Shown: positions 9,556 through 18,278 of the stretch, one piece after another
Layout: each line of letters opens with the position of its first letter
Numbering within the stretch: position 1 is the first letter of the stretch
From: a candidate division WOR-3 bacterium
Lineage (GTDB): Bacteria; Hydrothermota; Hydrothermia; LBFQ01
Direction: 5' to 3'
Assembly: GCA_027050205.1 (NCBI GenBank)
Contig: JALUCS010000121.1
Location: 1 to 26,504 of the forward strand
Length of the DNA stretch: 26,504 nt
The notes under the pieces: generated by a model
The model's input: the letters and a program-made list of their open reading frames with translations, nothing else
What the model was told of the DNA's origin: nothing
The model's database searches: none
Position numbers and translations under genes: made by a program

Positions 9556-10580
9556 CACCTTATCGTCTCAAGGTAGCTCTCCGGCACCAGTCTGTAATCT
9601 CCGGTACCATCAAAGTCTACGAAGACGAAGACCTTACCGAGGCGGTGGTAGTACCATATCTCGTAGGGCTTCCCCTCCATACGGTAGGGGTGGGACTCCA
9701 CCTCGTCCGGAGGGCCGAACTTGGTATAGACGAGCGCCCTGTCCGAAACCCTCGCCCTGAAGGAGCTGGGAAAGAGCCTCATAGCCGTATAGAGCCGCTC
9801 CATGAACTCCTCCTCCGCCCTCTTACCTCCCCTCTTCTCCCAGAACTCCTCCCAGGCCTCCTTCCGTTTGTCCTTAGGGGCCTCGGATAGGGCCTTGGTC
9901 TCCTCCGGGCCAAAGACGAAGTTGAGGACGGCGAGTAGGACCTTGAAGTCCCTATCGTTCAGGATGTTGAACTGGTTGAAGAGGGCCTCCGTCTCCCGCT
10001 TTAGGCCGTTGACCTCGGCGAGGAACCTTATCCTCCCGTAGGAGAGTTCCCCCTTGGGTATCAGGAAGGATACGCTCGTATCCCTGTCCGTTGTGAATTC
10101 GGGGAGGTCGTACATCCTCTTACGGCTCCACTGCTTCCTGTAGCCGAACTTCACCCTAAACTTTACCCTCTTCTTCGGGGAAATCAGCAGAGACAGGACG
10201 ACGCCGCTGTCCGTGTACTCGTAGTTGAGGCTGGATAGGAGGAAGTCCCTCGCCTGTGGCAGGCTCTTCTCCTTTATCCGTTTCAGCACCTCCCCGGAGT
10301 TCTCGTCGCTCAACTCGGCCACCACCTTGAACCTCTCCCCCCTGAAGGTGCACCTTACGCTGTCCCTTATCAGGGCGTAGGGGCCGAAGTTCCCGGCGTA
10401 CAGCCTCCTGTACTCCACCCTGCTGCACCCCCTATCCACCTTCAGGGAGATACGCCATCGGATGGTGTCCCTCTTCTTAACGAAGCGGCGGGCAGGGGCC
10501 ACCATCTTGGCGATGACGACCGTACTGTCCCTGTAGAAGAACTGCTGGACGGCGAAGATCAGCCCCTGCCCGAAGAACAT
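9555..10580 (-). CDS. GWxTD domain-containing protein (degenerate motif)
   Basis: EEFW..., EEFMER, SDRALVYTKFGPPDEVESHP, PYEIWYY and FVFVDFDGTGDYRL match the GWxTD-domain pattern. The ATG directly follows the rpsA stop. Confidence 0.75.
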   Translation of the reverse strand: MFFGQGLIFAVQQFFYRDSTVVIAKMVAPARRFVKKRDTIRWRISLKVDRGCSRVEYRRLYAGNFGPYALIRDSVRCTFRGERFKVVAELSDENSGEVLKRIKEKSLPQARDFLLSSLNYEYTDSGVVLSLLISPKKRVKFRVKFGYRKQWSRKRMYDLPEFTTDRDTSVSFLIPKGELSYGRIRFLAEVNGLKRETEALFNQFNILNDRDFKVLLAVLNFVFGPEETKALSEAPKDKRKEAWEEFWEKRGGKRAEEEFMERLYTAMRLFPSSFRARVSDRALVYTKFGPPDEVESHPYRMEGKPYEIWYYHRLGKVFVFVDFDGTGDYRLVPESYLETIR

Positions 10581-12305
10581 TTACTCTTCTCCCTTTATCT
10601 TCTTCAGATGCTCCATCTCGCTCTTCAGGATGTCTCCGAGGGTCAGGACGGCCTTCTCCTTCCTCATCCTCTTGGCGACCCTCTCTATCTCCCTCTTCTC
10701 CTCCGCTCTCTCCTTGGCCCGGAGCATCCTCTCGTAGAGCTTCTCGGAGAACAGGATCCTCTTGCGGTTAGGCTCCACGGACAGGACGGCGACGTTGAGG
10801 TCGGTACCTATCTCGTAGTCGGTGGGCCTCCTCTTGGTGACCAGCTGGGACCTCGGTATGAAGCCCTCTATCTCGTAGCCGTCGCCCTTCAGGGATACTA
10901 TCAGACCGGCCTCGGAGGCTCCCTTGACTTTTACGGTGACGGCCGTACCCTCGGCGAGCTGCTCCTGTATCTTGGGCCACGGGTTCTCGGTCATATGCTT
11001 GAGGGACAGCTCGACGAACCTCTGCTTCTCGTCTATATCCACGACCTTGAAGTTCATGGTCTTGCCCTTCTTGAGGGCCTCGGAGGGGTGGCGGAACTTC
11101 TTGGTCCAGGAGATGTTGGAGACGTGGAGGTATCCGACCAGGCCGTCGGGCAGCTCTACGAAGGCCCCGTACTGGTCAAAGTCGTATATGCGACCCTCCA
11201 CCACCGTGCCGGGCTTGTACCTCTCGTGGACGGTGGTCCAGGGGTCCGGTTGGGTCTGCTTTATGCCGAGGGATATGCGCTGCCTCTCAACGTCCACGTT
11301 GAGAACTACGGCCTCTATCTCCTGACCCTCCTGAAGCATCTCGGAGGGGTGTGAGGGGGGACGGCCCCACTTCATCTCGCTTATATGCACCAGACCCTCA
11401 ACCCCCGGCTCCAGCTCCACGAAGGCCCCGTAGTCCACTATCCGCTTTACCGTACCCTTGACCTTGGAGCCGATGGGGTACTTCTCGGCGACGCTCTCCC
11501 ACGGGTGGGGGAGGAGCTGCTTGACGGAGAGGGATATCCTCTTCTTCTCCGGGTCTACGTCCAAGACCTTGGCCGTTATCTCCTGGCCGAGCTGGACGAG
11601 GTCCTCTATCTTCTTCGGCCTGTGCCAGGCCAGCTCGCTTATATGCACGAAGCCCTCCACGCCGCCTATATCCACGAAGATGCCATGCTCTATGATGCCG
11701 GAGACGTGGCCCTTGACGACCATGCCCGGCTTCAGCTCGGCGAGGCGCTTCTTTATGGCTATCTCCTCCTCCTCCAGGGCGTCCTTACGGGAGACGATTA
11801 TGGTCTTCCTCTGCCTGTCGGCCTTTATGATCTTGACCCTTATGGTTTTGCCGACGGAGAGGGTGCGGGTGCGTCCTATGTCCCCGGAGAGGGACCTCGG
11901 CATGAAGGCCTCCACGCCGAAGATGTTCACCATAAAGCCACCCTTCACCCGCTTGGTTATGCGGCCCTCCACCAGCTCGCCGGACTGGAAGGCCTCCCAT
12001 ATCCTGTCCCAGGCCTTCTCAAAGTCGGCCTTGTACTTGGAGAGTTTCACCCCCTTGGTCCCCTCCGCCTTCTCCACGTACACGAGAACCTTCTCCCCTA
12101 TCTTGGGGATGCGATCCCCGAACTCGGACAGGGGGACGACCCCTTCGGACTTGCCCCCGATGTCTATGAAGACGAGGTCGCCCTCCACCTTGACGACCGT
12201 ACCCTCCACCAGCTCACCCTCCTTGGGGAGCTGCATGGTCTCCACGCCTTCCTTCAGTAGGTCCTCCGGAAGCTCCTCTATCTCTTTAAGAAGTTCAAGC
12301 TCCAT
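10581..12305 (-). CDS. rpsA: 30S ribosomal protein S1
   Basis: Six S1 repeats (e.g. GAFVELEPGVEGLVHISEM, RISLGIKQ). Strong SD AAGGAGG before ATG 12305 gives 574 aa. Confidence 0.95.
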   Translation of the reverse strand: MELELLKEIEELPEDLLKEGVETMQLPKEGELVEGTVVKVEGDLVFIDIGGKSEGVVPLSEFGDRIPKIGEKVLVYVEKAEGTKGVKLSKYKADFEKAWDRIWEAFQSGELVEGRITKRVKGGFMVNIFGVEAFMPRSLSGDIGRTRTLSVGKTIRVKIIKADRQRKTIIVSRKDALEEEEIAIKKRLAELKPGMVVKGHVSGIIEHGIFVDIGGVEGFVHISELAWHRPKKIEDLVQLGQEITAKVLDVDPEKKRISLSVKQLLPHPWESVAEKYPIGSKVKGTVKRIVDYGAFVELEPGVEGLVHISEMKWGRPPSHPSEMLQEGQEIEAVVLNVDVERQRISLGIKQTQPDPWTTVHERYKPGTVVEGRIYDFDQYGAFVELPDGLVGYLHVSNISWTKKFRHPSEALKKGKTMNFKVVDIDEKQRFVELSLKHMTENPWPKIQEQLAEGTAVTVKVKGASEAGLIVSLKGDGYEIEGFIPRSQLVTKRRPTDYEIGTDLNVAVLSVEPNRKRILFSEKLYERMLRAKERAEEKREIERVAKRMRKEKAVLTLGDILKSEMEHLKKIKGEE

Positions 12306-12310
12306 ACTTT

Positions 12311-12919
12311 TTACCTCCTTTTTGGCTCCGTTCGGTTCAAAAGTCCCTCCCTCAAGGCGAGCATCCGATCCCGCAGGACGTTCAAGAACTCTCCCTCCTC
12401 CACCTCCAACGGTGAAATGGGTTCCCCGAAGGCGACGGTGAAACTCCCCGGTTTCCCGGCTATCCACGTGGGTACCACCCTCACCCTGTCCCTCACCTCC
12501 GGCCGGTAGGAGAGCCACTGGATCCCTCTCCTCAAGGGAAGGAGGGGCCTGTCGGTCCGGTTCCGGGTACCCTCCGGAAAGATTATGATGGCGTATCCCC
12601 TCTTCAGGAGGTCAAGGGCCGTAAGCAAGGCCCCCCTCGCCCCCGCCGACCTCTTTATAGGGTGGGCGTTGTATAGTCTGATTATCGGACCGAGAACCGG
12701 ATTGAAGAGTTCCCTCTTGGCTATGAAATGCACCTCCCTTGGGTAGGCGGCGAAGCCGAGGACCGGAGGGTCCCAGGCGCTCCTGTGGTTGGAGGCGATT
12801 ATCACCGGCCCCTCCGGAGGGACGTTGTCCTTACCCACCTCCTTAACGCCCAAAATCCACCTAAAAAAAGGATAGGCCACTACCCGCGAGATCCGCCACT
12901 TGATGCTCGGTGCCTTCAT
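12311..12919 (-). CDS. plsC: 1-acyl-sn-glycerol-3-phosphate acyltransferase
   Basis: NHRSAWD (HxxxxD), FIAKREL and FPEGTR motifs. Position upstream of rpsA is common. Start is ATG 12919 or TTG 12922. Confidence 0.88.
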   Translation of the reverse strand: MKAPSIKWRISRVVAYPFFRWILGVKEVGKDNVPPEGPVIIASNHRSAWDPPVLGFAAYPREVHFIAKRELFNPVLGPIIRLYNAHPIKRSAGARGALLTALDLLKRGYAIIIFPEGTRNRTDRPLLPLRRGIQWLSYRPEVRDRVRVVPTWIAGKPGSFTVAFGEPISPLEVEEGEFLNVLRDRMLALREGLLNRTEPKRR

Positions 12920-12982
12920 CAACCCCCTCGTCCCTCCCCACCTGCGGTGGGGCCTCCGCCTCCGGCGGAGTTGGAAGGGGCT

Positions 12983-12988
12983 ATTATA
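12983..12988 (-). promoter_or_regulatory. -10 box (TATAAT) of the plsC-rpsA-GWxTD operon
   Basis: ccgTATAAT about 60 nt upstream of plsC, followed by two GC hairpins. Confidence 0.55.
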
Positions 12989-13076
12989 CGGGTGTCCGGG
13001 AGACGGGCGGAAAGTTGCAGGCTGCCCTGCAACGGAGGGGACGAATCCCTCGCCTCCCTCTTAGGATACCGTTGCC

Positions 13077-13625
13077 ATGAAACTCAAGGCGGGGCTTATC
13101 CTCGGGATCCTACTAGTAAGTTGTAAGGCGACCTCCGGGGGAACGCCAGGGACCACCTACGGGGAGTGGAGCAAGGTGGCTTCGGGGGAGTTCCTATCCC
13201 TGAAGGGAGACATCTTCGGCCCCGATAGCGTGTGCGACACCTTTGCCGTTTCCGAGCCTCCGGATATGGACAACGACCCCCTCCCCGCCCTCTCCGAGGG
13301 GTTCTCCTACGGAGACTCCGTAAAGTTCTACGTATCCTACCTTCATGGTACGGACACCCTGTCCTTCGTCGGCCTCGTCCTCGCGGGGGACGACGCCCCA
13401 CCCAACGATTCCATATACGGCCTTAGCCACACCCTGTATATGCGTCCCGCCCTCTCCAATCCCGGTCAGGATACGGCCCTACTGCAGGTCATCATAAACG
13501 ATGCGGGAGGCCCCTTTGACCACTACGTCTTCGTAGCCTCCTTGGACACTAGCAAGTGTCGTCCGGGCGGCACGGATTCGGCGAGGGTCAGGTACGAGAT
13601 CTGGAGGAAGGGGAGGTTGAGGTAG
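13077..13625 (+). CDS. Hypothetical lipoprotein
   Basis: MKLKAGLILGILLVSC lipobox and host-like codon usage. TAGGAT -10 box 9 nt upstream. Confidence 0.75.
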   Translation: MKLKAGLILGILLVSCKATSGGTPGTTYGEWSKVASGEFLSLKGDIFGPDSVCDTFAVSEPPDMDNDPLPALSEGFSYGDSVKFYVSYLHGTDTLSFVGLVLAGDDAPPNDSIYGLSHTLYMRPALSNPGQDTALLQVIINDAGGPFDHYVFVASLDTSKCRPGGTDSARVRYEIWRKGRLR

Positions 13626-14410
13626 GGGAGACGGGTTCCCGGCACCGGCTACGACGGACCAAGCTGCACCTTAAGGAGGATGGACCGAAGGTCCGTCCAT
13701 ACTTCAAAGATGGGAATTCGGGGGTGTCTGCGTATCCGTCAGACATCTCGTAATCCAGTATTGAGCCGATGGAGGGATAAACTGAAGTCCGTTTGCATCT
13801 TCAAAACTTCACGAAATCACAGGGGGTTCTCAACAGTCGCGCTTCAGTACCCCCATTAACGAATTTTGATCTTCGGGAGATTGAAACCGATTTTTGTTGA
13901 AGTACGGGATGAAATTGACGGAGATCCCCAATCCGGGTTTAAAATTTTTTAGCTAGATCCTCGGAGACTGCATTACACCATCCACCAGACACATCGTAAT
14001 CGCCCTGTGAATTTTGACGTCGCACCTTTACATCAATTTTTAGGCAAATTTTGACTATATCAAACTATAAACCCACAAAAATTTTTTATTACAACATCCG
14101 ACCTCGCCGTGCATTCCAAGATAGGGTACGGCATCCCCCGTTGGAGACCTGACGGGAGAGGCGGTCCTCCTCTAAGGGTTTGGAATCCGAGTATTACACT
14201 GATAGAACGTACTCCAGAAGACCAAAATCGGACTTTGGTACTCGCATTTCGGAAATCCGTAGCCTGACTTCAACGTTGTTGTAATCTCCATTACGGATTT
14301 TACCCATCCTATGCTTTGAAAATGTGAGGTGTTCCGGATTCAGGATCTTGGTAATGGCGACGGGGAACTTTATGCCGGCGGCTTATCGGAAACGGAAGCG
14401 ACGTCGCCCT

Positions 14411-15682
14411 CTAAGGTTCCTCAACCAAGGAGATCTCCGCCCCCAGATCCCTCATCTTCCTTACGAAGTTTTCGTACCCCCTCGCCAGGTGGTGGTACCC
14501 CCCTACGGAGGTCTCCCCCTCGGCTCGCAACCCCGCCAGAACGAGGGCGGCCGTCCCACGGAGGTCCGAACCCATAACGGGCGCCCCGGTCAGCCGCTCA
14601 ACCCCTTTCACCACGGCGTACCCGTCCCCCACGTCTATGCTGGCCCCAAGCCTCATCAACTCGTAGGCGTGCTTGAACCTGTCGGGATATATCCCCTCCC
14701 GGATTATGCTGACGCCCTTCGCCACGGTCATAAGAGCCATATAGAGGGGCTGGACATCGGTCGGGAATCCGGGATACGGGGCGGTCTCCACGTCCCTGCC
14801 GCTCAACCTCCCCGAAGGCCTTACCACTATCCTGTCCCCCTCAACCGTTAGCCTCGCCCCGGCCTCTTTGAGTTTGTTTAATACGGCCGTCAGATGGCCG
14901 GGGACGGCATCCGAGACCTCTACCTCCCCGTCTGTTATAAGGCCGGCTATGACGAAGGTGGCCGCCTCTATCCTGTCCGGTATGACGGAGTAGGAGTCGC
15001 ACCCTGTCAGGAAGCCGTCCCTACCCCTCCCCTTTACCAGTATGCGGTCCGTCCCCTCTCCCTCTATCTCCGCACCGCACCTCTTCAGGAAACGGGCGAC
15101 GTCCACCACCTCCGGCTCTATGGCGGCGTTCTCTATGGTCGTCTCCCCTTCGGCGAGGATGGCAGTCGTCATGGTGTGGATGGTGGCCCCTACGGACTTC
15201 CTCTCAAAGGTGATGGTGGTACCCTTCAGGCCGTTAGGCGCCTCGGCTATGACGTAGCCGTACTCCACCCTGACCTTCGCCCCCATAGCCTGGAGGGCGT
15301 GGATGTGGAAGTTTATCGGCCTCGGCCCGAACGAACAACCGCCTGGGAGGGCTACCCTCGCCCTACCGAAACGGGCCAAGAGGGGGCCGAGGACGTAGAT
15401 GGAGGCCCTCATCCGGCTCACGTACTCGTAGGGAGCCTCCCAGGTCTTGAGGGAGTCCGTGGATACGGCGACCTCTCCTTCCCTCTCCTCCACCTCCGCC
15501 CCGATCTCCTTGAGGAGACCCAACATCGTCTCCACATCGGCCACCTTGGGGACGTTGGCGATAGAGACCTTACCCTTGACGACTATGGTGGCGGGGAGTA
15601 TGGCCAGAGCGGCGTTCTTGGCCCCGCTCACCCTTACCTTGCCCTTGAGGGGTCTGCCTCCTCGGAGCTTAAGGAAGGACAA
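14411..15682 (-). CDS. murA: UDP-N-acetylglucosamine 1-carboxyvinyltransferase
   Basis: SGAKNAAL, MRAS, LPGGCSFGPRP (catalytic Cys loop), SVGAT, PDRIEA, PYPGFPTD, DLRG and RGYE motifs. A TTG start at 15682 puts the GAKN Lys at position 22, as in E. coli MurA. Confidence 0.95.
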   Translation of the reverse strand: MSFLKLRGGRPLKGKVRVSGAKNAALAILPATIVVKGKVSIANVPKVADVETMLGLLKEIGAEVEEREGEVAVSTDSLKTWEAPYEYVSRMRASIYVLGPLLARFGRARVALPGGCSFGPRPINFHIHALQAMGAKVRVEYGYVIAEAPNGLKGTTITFERKSVGATIHTMTTAILAEGETTIENAAIEPEVVDVARFLKRCGAEIEGEGTDRILVKGRGRDGFLTGCDSYSVIPDRIEAATFVIAGLITDGEVEVSDAVPGHLTAVLNKLKEAGARLTVEGDRIVVRPSGRLSGRDVETAPYPGFPTDVQPLYMALMTVAKGVSIIREGIYPDRFKHAYELMRLGASIDVGDGYAVVKGVERLTGAPVMGSDLRGTAALVLAGLRAEGETSVGGYHHLARGYENFVRKMRDLGAEISLVEEP

Positions 15683-15684
15683 AG

Positions 15685-15757
15685 TGGGCCGTGCAGGGAT
15701 CGAACCTGCGACCCCCGGATTAAAAATCCGGTGCTCTACCAACTGAGCTAACGGCCC
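15685..15757 (-). tRNA. tRNA-Lys (anticodon UUU), CCA not encoded
   Basis: GGGCCGT-TA-GCTC-AGTTGGTA-GAGC-A-CCGGA-TTTTTAA-TCCGG-GGGTC-GCAGG-TTCGATC-CCTGC-ACGGCCC-A folds into a full cloverleaf and is followed by CTT. Confidence 0.96.
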
Positions 15758-15769
15758 ACTGAAGTGTGT

Positions 15770-15775
15770 ATTATA
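15770..15775 (-). promoter_or_regulatory. -10 box (TATAAT) for tRNA-Lys/murA
   Basis: ccgTATAAT 12 nt upstream of the tRNA 5' end. Confidence 0.6.
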
Positions 15776-15788
15776 CGGCCGTAATAAC

Positions 15789-16433
15789 CTACTTCCGGCT
15801 GCCGAATATCCCCCTACCTATCCGTAAGACGTTGGCTCCCTCCAAGAGGGCGTACCTCCAGTCCTCCGTCATCCCCGCCGAAATCTTTGGAAGCCCGTTC
15901 CTCTCGGCTATCTCCCGCAGCAGGGCGAAGGCCCTCCGGCTCCTCCTCTCTTCAACCGGATAGGGTCCCACCGTCATAACCCCGACCAAATTGAGGTTGG
16001 GCAGTCCCCTGACGTAGGATATGAGGGAGTCGGCCTCCTCCGGCTTGACACCGTGTTTTTGAGGCTCACCGGAGGTATTCACCTCAACGAACACCTCCAA
16101 AGGGTGCGTTAGCCTCTTGGAGAGGGCCTCGGCTATCTCCCTCCGGTCTATGCTCTGGATGACGTTGAAGAGCCTTATGGCCTTGTTGGCCTTGTTCCTC
16201 TGGAGGTGACCTATCAGGTGCCAGACTACGTCCGGCTTCCCGACCAAGGGAACCTTCTGGGCTGCCTCCTGTACCCTGTTCTCACCGAAGTGCCTGCATC
16301 CCTCCTCGTAGGCCCGGAGAATCCTATCAACCTCCACCCCCTTACTCACGGCCACCACCAGAACCTCGTCCTTCCTGCCGATCCTATCCAAAAACTCCCT
16401 GACCTCCGCCGCAAACTCCCTACACCGTACCAC
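15789..16433 (-). CDS. yggS: YggS/PLPBP pyridoxal phosphate homeostasis protein
   Basis: VAVSK (PLP Lys), FGENRVQE, WHLIGHLQRNK, EVNTSGEPQKHG and RIGRGIFG. Confidence 0.93.
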   Translation of the reverse strand: MVRCREFAAEVREFLDRIGRKDEVLVVAVSKGVEVDRILRAYEEGCRHFGENRVQEAAQKVPLVGKPDVVWHLIGHLQRNKANKAIRLFNVIQSIDRREIAEALSKRLTHPLEVFVEVNTSGEPQKHGVKPEEADSLISYVRGLPNLNLVGVMTVGPYPVEERRSRRAFALLREIAERNGLPKISAGMTEDWRYALLEGANVLRIGRGIFGSRK

Positions 16434-16441
16434 CTCCTATT

Positions 16442-17113
16442 CTACCCCCGTTCCCTCAAGCGTTTCCTCCTCTCCTCCTGCAGTAGGTTGTGGGCCAGAC
16501 GGGTGGGTAGGGTCATCTTGCGGTGAAGCAACCTCCTTACGAGGTCAAGGGAGGTCTTTACGGATACCATATGGCCGGGGGATACGAAGAGGAGGCCCTT
16601 ACCCCTACCCTTCCTTATGACCCAACCTATGTGTTCCCCGTTGAGGTACAGGGGCTTGAAGCCGTAGGGTTCCGGTTCCTCGTACTCGCCGACCAGCCTG
16701 GACTTCGCTACCCCTATAGCCGGAACGTTCAAGTAGACGCCGAAGTGAGAGGCTATGCCCAACTTCCTCGGATGGGCTATCCCCTGACCGTCTATGAGAG
16801 AAACCTCCGGCTTCACCTTCAGGCTCCTGTAGGCTTTTACGAGGAGGGGCAGCTCCCTGTAGGCGAGGAAGGTAGGGATGTAGGGGAAGGTCACCTCGTC
16901 CTCTACGACGGCGCTATCCACGACCTTGCCAGTGAGGAGGTCAAGGACGACGAAGGCACCGAGACCCTGCGTGGGCGTCTTCCATATGTTCATAAAGGTC
17001 AGGTCTCCTCCCCCTACGTACCTCACCCTTAGGGGGTCAAAGGCGTCCTTTAGGACCACCTTGGAGGCAAGTCTGATCTGCTGGGCCTTGAGCTTACTGA
17101 CATCTACGGCCAA
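16442..17113 (-). CDS. nfi: Endonuclease V (deoxyinosine 3' endonuclease)
   Basis: FPYIPTFLAYRE, IDGQGIAHPRKLGIASHFG, IGVAKSRL and FVSPGH. TTG start 6 nt after TAAAAT. Confidence 0.93.
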   Translation of the reverse strand: MAVDVSKLKAQQIRLASKVVLKDAFDPLRVRYVGGGDLTFMNIWKTPTQGLGAFVVLDLLTGKVVDSAVVEDEVTFPYIPTFLAYRELPLLVKAYRSLKVKPEVSLIDGQGIAHPRKLGIASHFGVYLNVPAIGVAKSRLVGEYEEPEPYGFKPLYLNGEHIGWVIRKGRGKGLLFVSPGHMVSVKTSLDLVRRLLHRKMTLPTRLAHNLLQEERRKRLRERG

Positions 17114-17705
17114 GGGGATATTTTAACGGGGCCATCGGCCTCCCAATGGACTTACGGGGGACGTCTGCCCGGAAACCTGACGTTGGAAGTGTTGAAATTA
17201 ACGGTACCGGGACGGAGACTCACCTCCACCGAGGGGGTATTCGGGACTTCTTTGGCTGGCTCACTTTTCGGGGTATTTATAGGCAAGTGATACACATCGC
17301 CCATAGTATGTGAATCGTTGGCACGACCCCGATCCGATCAAACCGAAGCCCAAAGGCCCATATGGGTCCCTTTCAAAAATTGTAAGTCAGACTTTGGGAA
17401 ATTGATATCCAAACTTCAAGAAATCGTAAGTTTTACTTTAAAATTCTTTCAATCCCCGTTGAAGATTTTTCACAACGTCCTAATGCGGCCTGTACGGATT
17501 TTAGTGCTTACGATACGGTGAATTTCGTCTTAACGGATTCTCGGGGGCAACAATTGAAAGCGGGATCATCCTATCAGCAGAACAGGAAGATTTTGCCCAT
17601 TTTTACTAATTATACACAAAATTCCCAAGGTTTGAACACATCTGGAGGTCATCGTTCCGTTGCCCCTTCTCCGACTCTACCGCTCACCGCTCTTAGAATT
17701 GATAG

Positions 17706-18278
17706 GTGATGCTGCTCCTTATCGCTCTGGACTACCAGAGCCTGAAAAAGGCCTACGAGAAGTCCTATCTGTACGAGGCCAAGGGCCGCTACGCCGACGC
17801 CATAAAGGCCTTGATGCCCGTATACGAGGCCTACCCCAACGCGTACACCCCCAACCTCCGCCTCGGATGGCTCTACTACCTAGCCCACAAGTACGCTAAC
17901 TCGGAGTATCACTACAAGAAGGCCATAAAGGCCGCCCCCTACGCCGTTGAGCCGCTCCTCGGCCTATCCCTCCCCTACATGGCCCAAGAGAGGTGGAAGG
18001 ACGTAGAGAGCCTGATGAACAAGGTCCTGGGGAAGGACTACTACAACTACTACGGCAACCTTAGGCTGTGCTACGCCCTAAGGCACCTGCGGAAGTACTC
18101 CCAGGCCGAAAAGGTGGCCCGGAAGATGCTGGCCCTGTACCCAACGGATGTGGCCTTCCTCAACGAGCTGGCCCTCGCCTTGTACTATCGGGGGAAGAAG
18201 AAGGAGGCAATGGCTATATTCGCGGACGTACTCGTACTGGATCCGGACAACCCCACAGCGAGGAGGTTCCTGAAATGA
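17706..18278 (+). CDS. Tetratricopeptide repeat protein, first gene of the PqqD/ATP-grasp cluster
   Basis: TPR repeats (NLRLGWLYY, ELALALYYRG, VLVLDPDNPTA) and a short hydrophobic N-terminus. TAGAAT -10 box at 17694-17699. Start is GTG 17706 or ATG 17709. Confidence 0.85.
   Translation: MMLLLIALDYQSLKKAYEKSYLYEAKGRYADAIKALMPVYEAYPNAYTPNLRLGWLYYLAHKYANSEYHYKKAIKAAPYAVEPLLGLSLPYMAQERWKDVESLMNKVLGKDYYNYYGNLRLCYALRHLRKYSQAEKVARKMLALYPTDVAFLNELALALYYRGKKKEAMAIFADVLVLDPDNPTARRFLK

Noticed and set aside
10608..12441. Long antisense ORFs (10608-11354, 11385-12260, 11458-12441; likewise 2616-3452, 14894-15751, 20513-21487)
   Set aside because: Shadow ORFs opposite well-identified genes, expected from high GC3 codon bias, with no recognisable motifs.
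12306..12518. 71-aa N-terminal extension of RpsA
   Set aside because: It overlaps plsC in another frame, and a strong SD precedes ATG 12305.
14324..14851. ORFs 14324-14851, 13556-13753 and 6522-6779
   Set aside because: They overlap real genes or promoters, have atypical composition and lack start signals.
15683..15742. 20-aa N-terminal extension of MurA in the ORF track
   Set aside because: It runs through the tRNA-Lys gene; TTG 15682 gives canonical MurA numbering.
13626..17705. Integrative element at tRNA-Lys
   Set aside because: No integrase or transposase and no duplicated tRNA 3' end were seen; the flanking genes are housekeeping.
18068..18274. Longer start for the beta-barrel gene
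   Set aside because: It overlaps the TPR gene by about 200 nt; the ATGA-coupled start at 18275 is better.
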